Shown here: piece after piece, positions 49,701 to 63,110 of the stretch | How positions within the stretch are numbered: position 1 is the first letter of the stretch | How the letters are laid out: every line of letters begins with the position of its first letter | Assembly: GCF_009834535.1 (NCBI RefSeq) | Contig: NC_045697.1 | Span: 67,582,001-67,646,000 of the forward strand | Direction of reading: 5' to 3' | Length of the DNA: 64,000 nucleotides | Source of the DNA: Camelus ferus | Taxonomy: Eukaryota | The notes under the pieces: generated by a model | Seen by the model: only the letters and a program-made list of their open reading frames with translations | Databases searched by the model: none | Told to the model about the DNA's origin: nothing | Made by a program: the position numbers and the translations under genes

Positions 49701-51859
49701 GTGTGTGCATGGGTGTATAGGAAAATATAAGGGGTGTAGTCACTAAAGTACCTCAGAAAAATGACCCTGTTTTTATCTTAAACAGGAAGATATACTATGA
49801 TATGTTTATTAGGAAGTTCATGCTGGGGCATATTTTTGCTTTGAAGATCATAAGAGTGCTCTCCTGAGAATTGCAAAGTAGATTATATGAGGATTTAAAA
49901 AGGTTATACAATAAAATCTGGGAAAGTGTCCTAATCGTTGCCTTAATGACTCACCATATTCAGCCTCTCCCTTCCTTTCTCATTGCTGCTAATGTTCATT
50001 TTATGTAAAAACTTCAACTGGAACTAACTAGGACATCTTTAGGGTAATGTTAGTTTCTAGCAATAGTAATTTTCAATTAAAATTGCACAGTGTACCAGTG
50101 AAGTGAAAGTCAGAGACAAGGACACTGTATTATGGACTTTTTGGCTTTTCTAATCAGCCCCATACTCCAATGCCTCTCTCAAAATTGGCAAGAAGTTTCT
50201 GGTATGTTATTGGTTTTATGCCACAGCACTTATCTGTTCTTCATTCCTCTCTGTAGAAAGGAGACAAAAATCTCCCTAAGACTTAGGCTCAGGTCCCCTC
50301 AGGCTGTAGTGAGCCTGCACAGCTCGAGATAAGAGAAGAAAGCACTTCAAACAGCTAGGAATTAACCAGCCAGCCTGGCTTCAAGCTCAGTGTTACAACT
50401 CAGCAATTCCTTCTCAGAAGCTCACTTACAGTAACTGAAATTAAATGAGACATTTAATTCTTGTGTATAAAAGGCTCTTGAAGCACAGTTTCAACCAGTT
50501 ACTTTGTGATGTCATGAAGCAAAGGGGCTAACTGAGCTCATTGGAAAGGGAAGGGCCCCTGGGTTTGTATCAAAGAGGGCTTGGACTGGCCTTTGAACAA
50601 TTTCCTTATGTCTTATTCATACCTTTATAGCCTTACGTTTTGTACCATCCATTATCATTTAACCACAATGTTCAACCCCTCCTCTGGTGTCAGTGTTATT
50701 TGTAACAGAGGAAGCTCTTGAGGGAACACACATGATAGTTTAATTGTTCTGTGAAGCAGAGCAACGTAAGGCTTTTCTCATTGTACCTCAGAACTGAGTT
50801 TCTACATTTGAGCAACAGGATTAATTATCATGTGACCCAATTCTAGAAAATAGGCTTTTGCTGCATTGATGGATTTTGATAAAGGGCTCAGATACAAAAT
50901 AAACACAATAAATCAAAGTATTTATGTGACTGTTTTCAAGTTTCCTCATTAGATATTTTATTTTCACTAATAACAAAATAGTGTGTGCATATATTTCTTT
51001 CTATTGGAATTAATTATTTTAAAAACTTTCACATAAATGCAACATTAAATTTCATTTTCAGATTTCAAGGATGTATTTGTACTAAATAGGACTACTAGTT
51101 CTCTCCCAAAGTTTGAGAACTGTCTTGAATCAGTTTATTAACAATTGTTGTCTATTTACTAATTAAATGATTACCCAACAGAATAATCAATGTATACTAA
51201 TAATGTGGCTAAAAGTAAAATCCCAAATGGGTTTAAATCTATGACTCTAAACTCAGAATCGTCTATCATAATGATTAAATCATTTGCTCTATATATCAGA
51301 TGCTAGCCCATTAGCTTAGACAAAGATATTGAAGGCTTTTCTTCTATAGGCTGTTAGTAAAGCAAATAAAACATTTCTCTATGTTATTGACAGGATCTTA
51401 ATGGATTTATTCATTAGACACAGTGATCCTTCAGCCAGGCTCTAGCCATGCAGAAACAAACATTTAGGAACCTGGTGTTGATTAAAATATGGTCATTCAT
51501 GGAGGATAAATTTGTTCAATACGTTCAAAATATGTCTGGCTAATTCAGTAATAGCAATTTAATTGTGACTTCTTTGGTCATTTTCATGAAAATAAAACTG
51601 GTTTTAATAAAAAGCAAATTGAAAATCCATAACTCTTTGCAGAGTAATAAAGTTTTTTTAAACACTTTTATGGAGAAAGATTGCTAAATAGATGGTCAAT
51701 ACAGAAGGATTTAAATAGGAAAGAGAACTGTGATTCAGTAACTTACTACTGTTCCACATTAATTGAGAAGACATTGATAGATGATGCTGACCCATCCACA
51801 TGGACACAGTCTGTCTAGACTTTGCCTTAAATGACCCGAGTTGAGCATCACTGTGTGAA

Positions 51860-52580
51860 ATAAAAAAATTTGGAAATAGCCCAAACATTTAACAACAGGA
51901 GAATGGATAATTACATAGCCATGTATCATACAGTGGAATATTATATAACAGTGAAAATGAAAAATCATGTACTGGCAGAATTTCTAAAATTTTTGTTGAA
52001 AGATAAGAGCAAATTATACCTTAGGATATATAGTAGAAGTCTATATCTGTAAATGTCAAAACTAGCTGAAATTTAGAAATATATTTTATAGAGATCCATA
52101 AAAACATATTAAAATAAGTAGAAAAGCAAGATAGTAACAGAAATATATCTAAAGCTCTTAGTATAAGCCAGATACTTTTCAAAAATACAATATGTATTTT
52201 TACTATTATGATTCACATTTAAAGATGGAAAATAACATGCAGAGAGATTAAATAACATCCCTAAATCAAATAGCTGTAAAGTAAAAGATCCAGGATTTAA
52301 ATCCAGCAGGCTGGCCCATGAGGTTGTGGTTATTCATTGTGCTCTAAAGCCCTAAGAGGATAACTACCTGCAAATCTGCCCTAGAGGTTACTTCTTGGAA
52401 GGGTTGGAGAATGAGAAGAACATGCATTTGACTAGGGAGTAATTCAAGAGAGCTTCACAGTAATGGTAAAATTTCTGTTAGATGGTGGTTATACACTTAT
52501 TTATTTTATTTATCTTTAAAACATGCACATATTCTATATACAGAGTTTATAGAATTTTTATATTTTTATTTATACTTTCT
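51860..52580 (+). mobile_element. L1ME-like 3' fragments interrupted by an antisense MIR at about 52150-52350
   Basis: ttggaaatagcccaaacatttaacaacaggagaatggataa...catacagtggaatattatataacagtgaaaatga; MIR cacatttaaagatggaaaataac...ccaggatttaaatccag. Confidence 0.7.
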
Positions 52581-52954
52581 TACTTTATCATTTAAAAAGC
52601 ATACCTAAGAATCTTGCCAATTTCAGTAGAATTAATTAAATTACTATAGTAATAGAAGTCAATTTTGTTCAGCTTATTAAAAAATAAATTAAATGGTCTT
52701 TAAAATACTTTGTGAACAAATTATCCTGTTATTTGCATTTTAATAGTCCATTTTTTTAACCTTGAGAGTTGATGAGAAAGTATTGACAAATGATTGGTTA
52801 TGTGATAGCATTGAAGAGTAGAAATGAAAGGACATATATTAACTTGAAAATCAGCCAAGTGCAGTACTTCACATATTGTTTCTCATTTATTTCAAGGAAG
52901 TAGTAAAAATCTACAATGTAATATTAAATATCTGCAAGATGATAGTTAAAAAAT

Positions 52955-53210
52955 ATTATTAGCGCAAATGTTAACTGGGCACTTAATATGTCTCAGGTAT
53001 TTTGCTAGGTGCTAGCAGGTGTGATACTTTGTTTCATGCTTACATCAAATCCAGAGAGCAGTGTTTTATTATGATCCCCATTTTTAGATGAGAGAAGGAG
53101 GATAGGATAGGTTAAATAATGAGCTTATTTTCACCCAATTAGCAAGTTGCAGACCTAAAGTTAGAGCCTAGTTCTTTATGCTTCCAAAGGTAATGCTCTT
53201 AATCATTATC
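52955..53210 (-). mobile_element. MIR SINE
   Basis: actgggcacttaatatgtctcaggtattttgctagg...atccccatttttagatgagagaa...gttagagccctagttc. Confidence 0.75.
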
Positions 53211-53301
53211 CCCATGATATTTTGGCTAACTTTTAGTCTTTTTCATATGAAAAATTTGAAACATATAACAGAGTTAAAAGAATAATATAACAAACACCTG
53301 T

Positions 53302-53712
53302 CATATTAAACTGCTTGAGCTGCCATAACAAAATCCCACAGACTAAGTGGCTTAAAGAATGGGACTTATTTTTCCAGTTGTGGAGACTGGGAGTCCAAGA
53401 TTAAGGTTCAGCTGATTTCAGTTTCTGGTGAGGGCTCTGTTCCTGGCTTGAAGACAACTGTCACCCTCACATGACCTCTTTTTACACTTACATGGACAGA
53501 ATGAGAGAGAGAGAGAGTGAAGGAATTCAAGAGTGCAATCTCTGGTGTCTCTTCTTATAAGGACACTAATCCTATTAGATTAGGGCCCTGCCCTTTTGAC
53601 CTCATTTAACTTTCATTACTTTTTGTAGGCCCTCTTTTTAAATATAGTCACATTGGGGGTTACAGCCTCAAATTATGAATCTGGGCAGGATACAGATATT
53701 CAGTCCCTAACA
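53302..53712 (-). mobile_element. MaLR solo LTR (MLT1A-like) nested in L1
   Basis: gctgccataacaaaatcccacagactaagtggcttaaa...ggtgtctcttcttataaggacactaatcctatt...attcagtccctaaca; 5-bp TSD cctgt at 53297-53301 and 53713-53717. Confidence 0.92.
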
Positions 53713-54844
53713 CCTGTATACTCATCACTTTGTATCTACCACTAATGTTTTATATTTGTTTTATCAAATATAAATGTGATTCCATTCTTTTATCCATTTA
53801 TTCAAACATCTTACTTTGGATGCATTTAAGAAAGAATTGCAGAGAGCCATTAACTTTCCCCTAAATACTTTATCATGATCAAAATTTGTTACTTTTTATG
53901 TAAACTTTACATATCATTAAACACACAAATCTTAAGTGTGCAATTCAATGAATTTGGCAATGCATACATCAGTGTAAACCAACCCTCAACCAAGACAGAG
54001 AACATTACTATCATCCCAGAAAGTTCCCCCATGCCCTCTTCAGGTTAATCCCTGCTCCATCATTCTGGCCTCTGGCATCCGTTGCCCCAATGATTTTCTA
54101 CCATTGATTAGATGCGCCTGCTCTAGAACGTCACATAAATGGAACAACACAATATACACTCTTTTGTGCAGGACTTCTTTCACTGAGTATAGTGTTTCTG
54201 AGATGTATCTGTGTGATTGGGTTTTTTAGTAGTTCATTTCTGTTTTCATGCGGAATGGTATGCTGTTGTACGAGTACATCATAGTTTCTTCACCAACTAG
54301 CCTATTGACAGAAAGCTGGGTCATTTCTAGTTTTTAACTATTATGAATAAAGCTGTTATGAACAAGATACATAAGTTTTCTTGTAACATATTTTCTTTTC
54401 TCTTAGGTAACAATGGAGGGTCAGCCTTGCTGGGTAAATGTATATTTAGTTTTGAAAGAAAATGCCAGATTTTTTTTCAAAGTGCTTGTACCATTTTACA
54501 CTCTCACCAACACTGTTTGAGAACACTGACCGCTCTGCATTCTCATTCCCATTTGTTGTTATCAGTCGGCTTAAATGTTAGCCATTCTGGTGAGTGTGTA
54601 GTACTCTCTGTGTCTCTACTTTTGAATTTGAGTTTCCCTAGTGATAGTGATGTTGAACACGTTCATATGTGCTTATTGGCCATTCACATTTTGCCTTTTA
54701 TAAAGTGTCTGTTAAATATGTTGGCTCAGTTTTTTTTTTTTTAATTGCATTATCTTTTCATTTTGAGCTGGAGGAATTCTTTATATATCCTGAATATCAA
54801 TATTTTCTCAGATATATTTTTCATGTATTTTTCTTTCTTCATAA

Positions 54845-55249
54845 TCATGTGAAATTGGGTCATGTGATTACACAGGCTGAGAAGTCCTAAGATGTGCAGT
54901 TGACAAGCTGGAGACCCAGGAGAGCCAGTGGTGTAGTTGCAGTCTGAGTCCGAAGGCCTGAGTGTCAGCAGAAGTGACAGTGTAAGTTCCAGTACAAGGG
55001 CAGGAGAAGACTGAAGCCCCTCAATAAGGCAGGTGGACTTCCATCTTACTCAGCCTTCTGTTCTATTCAGGTCTTTGACTGATTGGATAAGGCCCACCTA
55101 TATTAGCAGGAAAATCTGCTTTACTCACTCTACCAATTCAAATGTTAATACCATCCAGAAACACCCTCACAGACACACCCAGAAAATAGTTGACCACATT
55201 TCTGGGCACTCTGTGGTCCACTCAAGTTGACACAAAATTAACCATCACA
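54845..55249 (-). mobile_element. ERVL solo LTR (MLT2B-like) nested in L1
   Basis: ggctgagaagtcctaagat...agctggagacccaggagagcc...tctattcaggtctttgactgattggataaggcccacc...caagttgacacaaaattaaccatcaca. Confidence 0.92.
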
Positions 55250-55535
55250 CCATTTATTCCAACTTCATTGTTGAAAAGACTTTTCCTGTTGGAGGTTTTG
55301 GCATCTTTGTTGAAAATCATATTACTATGTATGAGTTGATCTATTTCTGGGTGAACAAGATTATTATATTTATGGGTACATTAAACTCAAGATGCTGACT
55401 CTTGCTTCTTTTTTAAGAAGTTTTTATAGTCTAGTGAGGGTAGCAGTCTTGATAGCAAAATGGGTCAATTTTCAAGTAAGACTCACAAAATGCAGAGATC
55501 TTGCCCAGAGACCAAATCTGACTAATAGTTGAAAT

Positions 55536-55689
55536 AAGAGGTTGGCAAGTTTGTTTTTTTTTTTCTGTAAATAGCCAGATAGTAAATACTTTACTTTTTG
55601 CAGGCCACACATGGCCTGTGTCACACATTTTTGTTTATTATTTTTTTAAACAACTCTTTAGTGTATGGGCTATTGTTTACTGACCCCTG
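55536..55689 (+). mobile_element. MER58-like hAT-Charlie MITE
   Basis: aagaggttggcaag...tttctgtaaatagccagatagtaaatacttt...gcaggccacac...tttactgacccctg; degenerate 8-bp TSD gttgaaat / attgaaag. Confidence 0.85.
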
Positions 55690-57424
55690 ATTGAAAGGAA
55701 ACAGGTAATCACAAGCCACAGAGAAAGAATGCAGAAGTCTGAAAAATGATGTATTCCTTCACTGAAGTGCACTCCAGCCCAGATTTAACATATGGGGTAT
55801 CCGAGCCATGCATGCATGACATCACTCACACAAAGGGGACTACTTTGATTACAAACCATTTCCAGTTTATATTGTAATAATTTTATACTGTGATGATTAT
55901 ATAGCTGACACAGATGAATTCCAGCAGACAAAGTGAGAGAAATCTGACATAGATAAAATACACATATTCTGCTAAAATCATTTTACCACCAAAGAGGTTT
56001 GGTTAGTGTGTTTGCAAGGAAATTTGCCCAGGCCATTTCTTTCTTTGTCCAGAGTCCTTTCCCAGGTTTGCCAAGATAGAGAGAGTGGGCTATAGAGCAG
56101 CGGCTATTCCTTCCTTCCTAGCAGGATCGAAGAAAGTCGGTTATCAGGACCGAGATAATCTGATGATGGATTCAAATAGAGAAATACAATAGAGACCGTT
56201 AACCAGAATTTCAGAAATGGAGACCTGATTGAAATAAAGAGGTGCTGTGGTCAAGAATTAGGATTGGACCTGGCAAGAACTAAGGATGCTCCTTAAGCAA
56301 GGAATGGTTGGGGTTTGAAATGATTACACAGCTGTGAAGTGGGGAGAACTTTGAAACTACAAGGTTGCAGCTAGCAGCTGCTAGCAGGTATTGTTTTGAA
56401 AATGGCTGGTGGTATCCTTCAGTTTGACATCATTCATAGAAAATTCAGGTTCTCAGTGGTAAAGGGATATGTCTGAGACCAGATCTTCAATGGCTGGCCC
56501 CCTGATTCCATTTTTGTGTAACAAAACTATGATCACTCCATTAAAATTTCAAATTTCATCAAGATCAAATCATAAATTATGAAAGTGCATAGAACAAGAG
56601 CTTTAAGAATGGGTGAAGTCTTAGCCTTTAATTGGGGAAGATGTATCTTTCTTCAAAGACTGGCCAAAGGAAGAGAGGGAGTTTAAATATAACAGGATGC
56701 TTTTACATGGAAAAAAAATGAGAAAGGTATATTTATACTGGATAACCTTAATTTGAGGAATAACAGTGGAAATTGAGTATCTGCTACAAATGAAAAGGGA
56801 GGAATGAATATAGGACTTGAGGAAAGTGGAAAGATTTGGAAGAACCACTGTAAGGGACAAGGTAAGCCATTAAGTAGCTAACAATATTTAGCAGCTGTGC
56901 TATTTCATTGTAGTCATAAAATGATGACTAATAATCACTTAACGTGATTGAATGCCATTCAGATGTGAGACGTGGTGGACAAGGAAATTTACAAACATTA
57001 TTATAGAGTACAACAAAGTAGTGTAGTTCACAAGTGTTAGGTTCCAAGTCTGCCAGTATGGTGAGCACTTTATATACTCAAATATATTGTTTGAGAATTT
57101 CTAAGTAAGGATGAATCAACTGCTTCTCCTTAAATATAATACAGCCAGGTTTCCCTTCAGCACTGAAACAGATTGCTATTTCTGTTTGGAATTGGAAGCT
57201 TGCATTTTGGAAAGATGTTGCATGAAAAAGTATCTTTGAGTAAGATTAATTGACTTACATCCCCCATGTCCTGCTTACTCTGGGGCAGAGACTGATTTGG
57301 TAGAATGGCTGATAGGATCATTCATTCCATTTATGTTATGTCTCTCTTTTTCAAGCAAAGTGATTTCACTTTGAGTAAAGTGAAGCCCAGGTAATGTGAC
57401 TTTGTAATTCACACAAAGACTCCA

Positions 57425-57560
57425 GAACTGAAGATAACCTTCTGATTTTATAGATGAGGAAATTGAGGCTCAGATAACTTCAGTTATCTGAGAAAGGCCA
57501 AATAGTTAACTAGTAGCAGAGCTGGATTTATGCCCAAGTCTCCCTGAGTCTAAAGCATGT
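57425..57560 (-). mobile_element. MIR SINE with an internal perfect hairpin
   Basis: attttatagatgaggaaattgaggctcaga...actagtagcagagctggatttatgcccaagtctccctgagtctaaagc. Confidence 0.85.
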
Positions 57561-60500
57561 TGTATGATGGCAGCACAGAGGTTTTGTTTTATTGTTGTTT
57601 TTAATATCCCTGGCTAATATTTCGCAGCTTTTAAGTAAAATAAGAGAAAGTAGACAGGAATGACCTTGACTAGGGATTGATGAAGAGAACATAGAGACTT
57701 AAAATGACATTGGTTTTTAGACTGTTCAATATATTGATGAAATGCTTGTCTTAGAATCCTTACTAGTTGGGAGAAAAGGGGAAGACAAAGGTGAACACAT
57801 AGTGGGACAACTGAAAAAGTCCAGACGCTACGGTTCATTATAGTTCAATATACATAAACTGAACTCCTAGTATGTTTCAGCAGAAGGTTGACAATGACTG
57901 AGATATGGTAGCTGAATTACAGAATATCATGTAAGTAAAGGTCAGTTTTCGTGAGATGGAGTTTAGTGAATGAAGTTCAGAGTAGCTCTGTTAGTGCTTG
58001 AAAAGCTAGGTTCATCCATGAGGGCATTTATAGTTGTAAATATTAGATGCTATGGAAATGAGCCATCATTTGGTGGTAAAGGACAGAAACACTCTAAAAC
58101 AAGTTTATGTGGACTAAAGTTTTAGTAAGAGGTTTATAAAGAACATCATAGCCCCCTGCTACAGAAATAAAAACTAAAACCTCTGAAATACTCATTGATA
58201 ATCTCACTACATGAATGCTTATATGTTTGGGCATTTTGTATATATTTTCTTCTGACAAAGTGTTCTCTATTTTAATATTTAATATATTAAAATTCAGTTC
58301 TTTGAGACAGAATTAGATTTCTGATTGGTGGGATTTTACAATTGATTCAAATAAAAAGCGCTGAAACAACCTGTCACTCACATAAAGGATTATAAGCTAT
58401 CTTCAAAGTGTTCTTTGCTGACAGTTGTGTGGTAAAGGGGTATAATGCTGAAATACTTACCAATGGTTGCAAATTAAAGAAAGAATTAGAAGGGATTATT
58501 GCTCTCTCTTCAGAGTGTCTGGGATACCAAAATATACTGTGGGTTTAGCATAGTTTTCAGTAAGACTCTAAGCTACTAAATTGAGGAAGAGATAAGAAGG
58601 AAACCTAAATGCATATATTTAATATTACTGTCTCTTGGATTGCTTTACTTTAGGCAGGCTGTGTTAAAAAATTGGAGAATATAGGGATGGGACAGACTTA
58701 ATGTGTTTTTTTCAGTGCATCTTCTACCTCAAAACCATTCTAAGAGAATAGAAAATATATTTCTAGTCACAGTTGAGTGTATTTTTAGGAGTGATTTTCA
58801 AAACTTGAAAGAGACTTCAAAGAAATGTAAATACCATGCTCTGTGCTCTCCCATTCCCCCTAAGGTCAGTTTCTTGGCAGTGTTCTTTTCAGTCAAGACA
58901 GTCGTCTTTGCCAGCACCAGTCTACTGGGACACAGTGTGAGCTGGGCATCTGCCTTTTCAATGAGAGATCTGCCTCTTCTGCAGATCTTTTTCTTGCATC
59001 TTCTCAGGTCTGAGAAACCAGTCATCTAGTTGTCACTCCATGTGCTCTGCCACATGCTAATTTGACACGAAGGTGCATTTCAGGCAAGTTTGCTTCTCCA
59101 GGACGTCACTCCAGGAGAGTTGACAGGACAGCAGGGCCACGTCAACAAGAAGATCAATTTCATACCTAAAGGTGGGGCCAACCAACCGGCTATTTATCCT
59201 GTCCTCATAAGGGGTGAGATGATTTGGGGCCAGTCAATTAGAGTCTTGTCTCGGTTATGATCCCCCAAAGCAAGCAATATGCTCCGGTATTAGATACAAT
59301 AGTCACCTTCACAAAAATTCTTTGTTAGAATTTCTGATTTCAAAAGAAAGCCTCCCTGATAAGAGTGAATAAGCTATTTTACAGCTTTTAGATGAATGTA
59401 GCTTGACAGTGAATTTATTCAGTCTGCTCTTTAGGCAAACTTGAGATGTCATTGTGGAGTTGTTCTTTTTTGAAGAGCATGGAAAATCAGATTTTTAATG
59501 AAAAATAAACAGGAATGCATTTCAAAAATATTCTGAGAAATTACGCCGTTTTATTTTCACCAAAGTATTTGGGGTGGTGCATCTGCCTTGAGGTAAAAGC
59601 AGAAGATATTAAAGGAGATGTACAGAAGCAAATAGAGGAAAACCAAATGAATTATTTGCCCTGCCTTTAGTGCCCAAAGAATCAATAAAACAACTGAAAC
59701 CAGAATGGGATTTTGAGAACAAGAGCTGGTGGAGAGCTCATAGCCTGGGCTCTAAAAGTGATTGGCCCCAAGGAAAACAGCCTTCATTGTCTTCCTCCCT
59801 GGGAAGAGTTTGAGACAGACTGACCTGTAATGATAGAAGCAAGCAAACTATAACCCACAGCCTTCCCTTCCATGGTGGGAATCTCGAAGAGTGGGCTGCA
59901 TTTGGTGTCATGGGCTGTCACTAGTATGCTGAAGACGGTGGCCATTTCTTCTGCACTGCACTTTAATTCTCTTAAGAGGCTTTCTGATGTAATGTATGTC
60001 CTTGAGCAGCCGGCCTCAGACACAGCTGTAACTTGCTCACCGCGCCAGTCAGGCATTTTGTTACAGGAGCTTGGCATTGAAGGTCATGTGTATGGTACAC
60101 GTATTAGAGGTAGTGGTTTAATTAAAGTAGGATGATGAGGATAATGATGATGATGTGTGTGATTTCCTTAAGCTGGAAGAGGAGGGGAAGTTGGCAGGAA
60201 GGAGACTGCTGGTTTTGTTGTGTGTGCTTCTACTTCGGGGACTACTCACTCTCATAGATTCCCAAATTCAATTTTTCTGAGCTCTACCAGGGCTTATAGG
60301 CTCTGTGGATTCAACGCTGACTAAACTCTCAGGGGACTAGTGATAAACGGCAGTGTCAGTTTATTTACAGTGGAATATCTATCTGGCCTTCGGTGGCTTC
60401 TCCAGTTTGTCCAGTGGGAATGTTAGCAATCCTCACCGGGAAAATGTTTACCAGAATTAAACTAGACTGCTCAATAATTTGGCCACCTAAGAGGGAGGAA

Positions 60501-61094
60501 TTACAGTCTCAGAATACTTTTAACTTGTTCAGATAAGTCAGTGTCAACATCATGAATGCCACAGTTGAAACCTTTTAAATAAAATGCTAGGAAACGGGGC
60601 CATTTGGGTTTGGAGGCTCTCCCATCTTTCTTATTGTCACCAGTTCTTCTCAGCTCCTATTTGGTCTGTTTGTTTGTGTGCCACTGGATAGCTCGTTCTT
60701 CAAAAGTACCCTTCCTTACCTCATCCCATGGCCCGTAGCCCCTGACACAGCGACAGTTACTCCTCTCACTTCAGACTCTGCAGTCTGAATCTCAGTGTCA
60801 GGACAGAGAGAGCGCTGGCCTCATGAATGCTGTAGTTCACAGTACCAGTAACAGCACAATCCATTTCGGATTATCTTTAAAGAGATGGCTGCATTCAGTG
60901 TATGAAATTTAAGGTCCTCCACTTGCAAACAACTTCCCACGTTTAGATCATGGGAGATTTTGCTCAGCAACAATACACAGTGATGCTGTAGGTATGTAAT
61001 TTCTGGGAAGAAAAGATAATTGATGATTCTCTTCTCCTCTGTATGGGACAAATTATAATTTGTCATTTGCTCATTTCTAGTGGTCCCACTCATT

Positions 61095-61900
61095 CATTCA
61101 TTTAATTATCTAAGCATTAAGCATACATATAGTGTATTTGGTCAAAGCATCCCCCTTAGGTGATGCAAAAATAAAAACTACAGTTTGTGTCAAAGATCTC
61201 GCATCCTATGGAGGAAAGAGAAAAATAATAATAATAGCAAAAACAATCATGATGATAGTATCTACTTTTTATTTATTGACACCTACTTTGAGTCATGGCC
61301 TGTCCCCATTCTTTCTATAACTCATTTAAGCCTCACAACACCATATACTATTATTACTATCATATAATATTAAGTATTATTACCCCCATTTTAGCAGTGA
61401 ATCAGAGAAGTTAGGTCAATTACCCAAGGTCACACAACTTTTAAATGACAAAGCTTGGATGATAATTTCTGCCTACCTGACTCTGAAGCTTGTATAAACT
61501 CCTATTCACAATTTTAGACTTTCAGAGAAAATCATAATACAGTGCTATGTAAAAGATATGAAAAGGATGCTTTGCAAGAAAAGAAGGCTGTGGTAAGAGG
61601 TTTCGTTCAGGGAATTTTTCAAACAGGAGGCATGACAGGAACTGAAGCTTTGAAGTGTCTTGGGCCAGAAGATAAGACAGGGCAAAGAACAGGGGAGAGC
61701 TTAACCCTTGAAGAGAACCACACACAGTTCTGAAGTGCTGAACTTTAAGGGAAAGTAAAACATAAAAACTGGTGAGTTAGGCAAAGGCCAAATTCTAGAA
61801 GCCTTGCATGTTTCCATAAGGGGCTTAAACTTTGTGATAGCAGTGAGGAGCCACTAAAGAATTTTAAAGCAGGAGAGAATACACTATGTGTCAGAATATA
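61095..61900 (-). mobile_element. L2 3' region with a nested MIR at about 61260-61490
   Basis: (cattcatt) tail at 61092; MIR ttacccccattttagcagtgaatcagagaagttaggtcaattacccaaggtcacacaac; L2 gcagtgaggagccactaaagaattttaaagcaggagag. Confidence 0.75.
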
Positions 61901-62689
61901 TGTCAATACTTAAAATAAGATTATTCTCCACTTCCCAATTTGGCAGATACATACATGAAAAAAAAAAGTTTTAATTATGTTTTTCACATTCGTGGTGAGG
62001 TAGTTGTATTTTTGTTAATTTAGATAGACATGTATACCAATATATTATATTACATAACTAATAACTTAGAATTTTTGCTTTATTCCACTCTCTCATTTCA
62101 AACTCTCTAGTCAGTATCTGTGGCGTTAATACCATCCAGATCACTTGAGATGCTTTTTGAATCGGCTAGCATACTTTTCCAGAGCACATCACTTCATTTC
62201 CATAAAAGTCGTAAGAGATATAACACATTGTGAATCTATATTTCAAGCTGTCTTTGGAAATTATATTCATCTGCAAGAATCCATTTCTTAAAAGAAATTA
62301 TCTTATAGGGCAGGATTGGAAATATAACTCAGTCTATCTCCAGAATTTACACACTTACTGTATTTTTTATGAATGATAATAAGCTGACTTGTATACAATG
62401 ATGCAGACCTTTGTAACTCTTAGCTCATAACCTCAAAAAATAGTATTAAATCTACCTTTTATTGACTACTTACTGTGTGCTCCACATTTTAAAGATTCCT
62501 CTACACACATTTTCTCACTATTACAGCCCAGTCATCATCGATTTAGGACAAGCTACTGTGGACTCTGTCATATATAGAATGTATTCCATTAACTTTTATT
62601 ATTGGACAAATGATTGTAACAGACGTAGTTACTAGCAAGAGCTATTTCTTAAAATATTAATTTGTTTTTAACTGCATATTTTTATCCTC

Positions 62690-63110
62690 ACTTGTCACTG
62701 TGTAATATTGCAGGTTAGTAGGAAGCGGTGTATGAGACTCATTTTCTGCAGCTGTAGCAAAACTTGATTGTGTTAAGCTTAGTACTTTGACCAGCATTTA
62801 GAACTTGGACCATTTAATGAATATGACATGGTACTTCTTTATTGCTTTAATACATTATCCCCTGCTTCTAGTAATTCTGGGCATATTTTTCTGTGTTTAT
62901 TGGCAATTTGGATTTTTTTTCTTCTGTCAATTTTTCATTTTCTGCACTCATTTTTTTTTGGTTTGGTTTTTCCTTTTACCATTTATTTGTGGTACTATTT
63001 CATATATTTTGGATTTAGATTCTTTGCTGGTTATGTATCTGAAATATTTCATCCCATGCTGGGGCTTCTCTTTTAACTTTGTCCACCATGTCTTATGCTG
63101 AAGAAGCATT
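62690..63110 (-). mobile_element. Old L1 (L1ME-like) fragment, antisense
   Basis: gacatggtacttctttattgctttaatacatt...gcatatttttctgtgtttattggcaatttggatt...catatattttggat; accounts for the hydrophobic ORFs at 62805-63101. Confidence 0.7.

Larger units (their letters stand above)
53235..55355 (-). mobile_element. L1MD-like 3' region, antisense, hosting two LTR insertions
   Basis: cacacaaatcttaagtgtgcaattcaatgaatttggcaatgcatac...aacattactatcatcccagaaagttcccc...gcttgtaccattttacactctcaccaacactg. Confidence 0.85.

Noticed and set aside
54343..54890. Longest ORFs (133 aa and neighbour)
   Set aside because: They are antisense reading frames of an old L1 3' region.
56195..56295. NFRNGDLIEI resembles the PLAAT/LRAT N-terminal GDLIEI motif
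   Set aside because: The following residues lack the H(W/Y)(A/G)IY.G motif and the frame stops soon after; coincidence.
58269..58292. AT-only hairpin
   Set aside because: Low complexity and expected by chance in AT-rich DNA.
59784..60135. Overlapping 97-aa (-) and 87-aa (+) ORFs
   Set aside because: No recognisable homology or convincing splice boundaries; higher local GC explains fewer stops.
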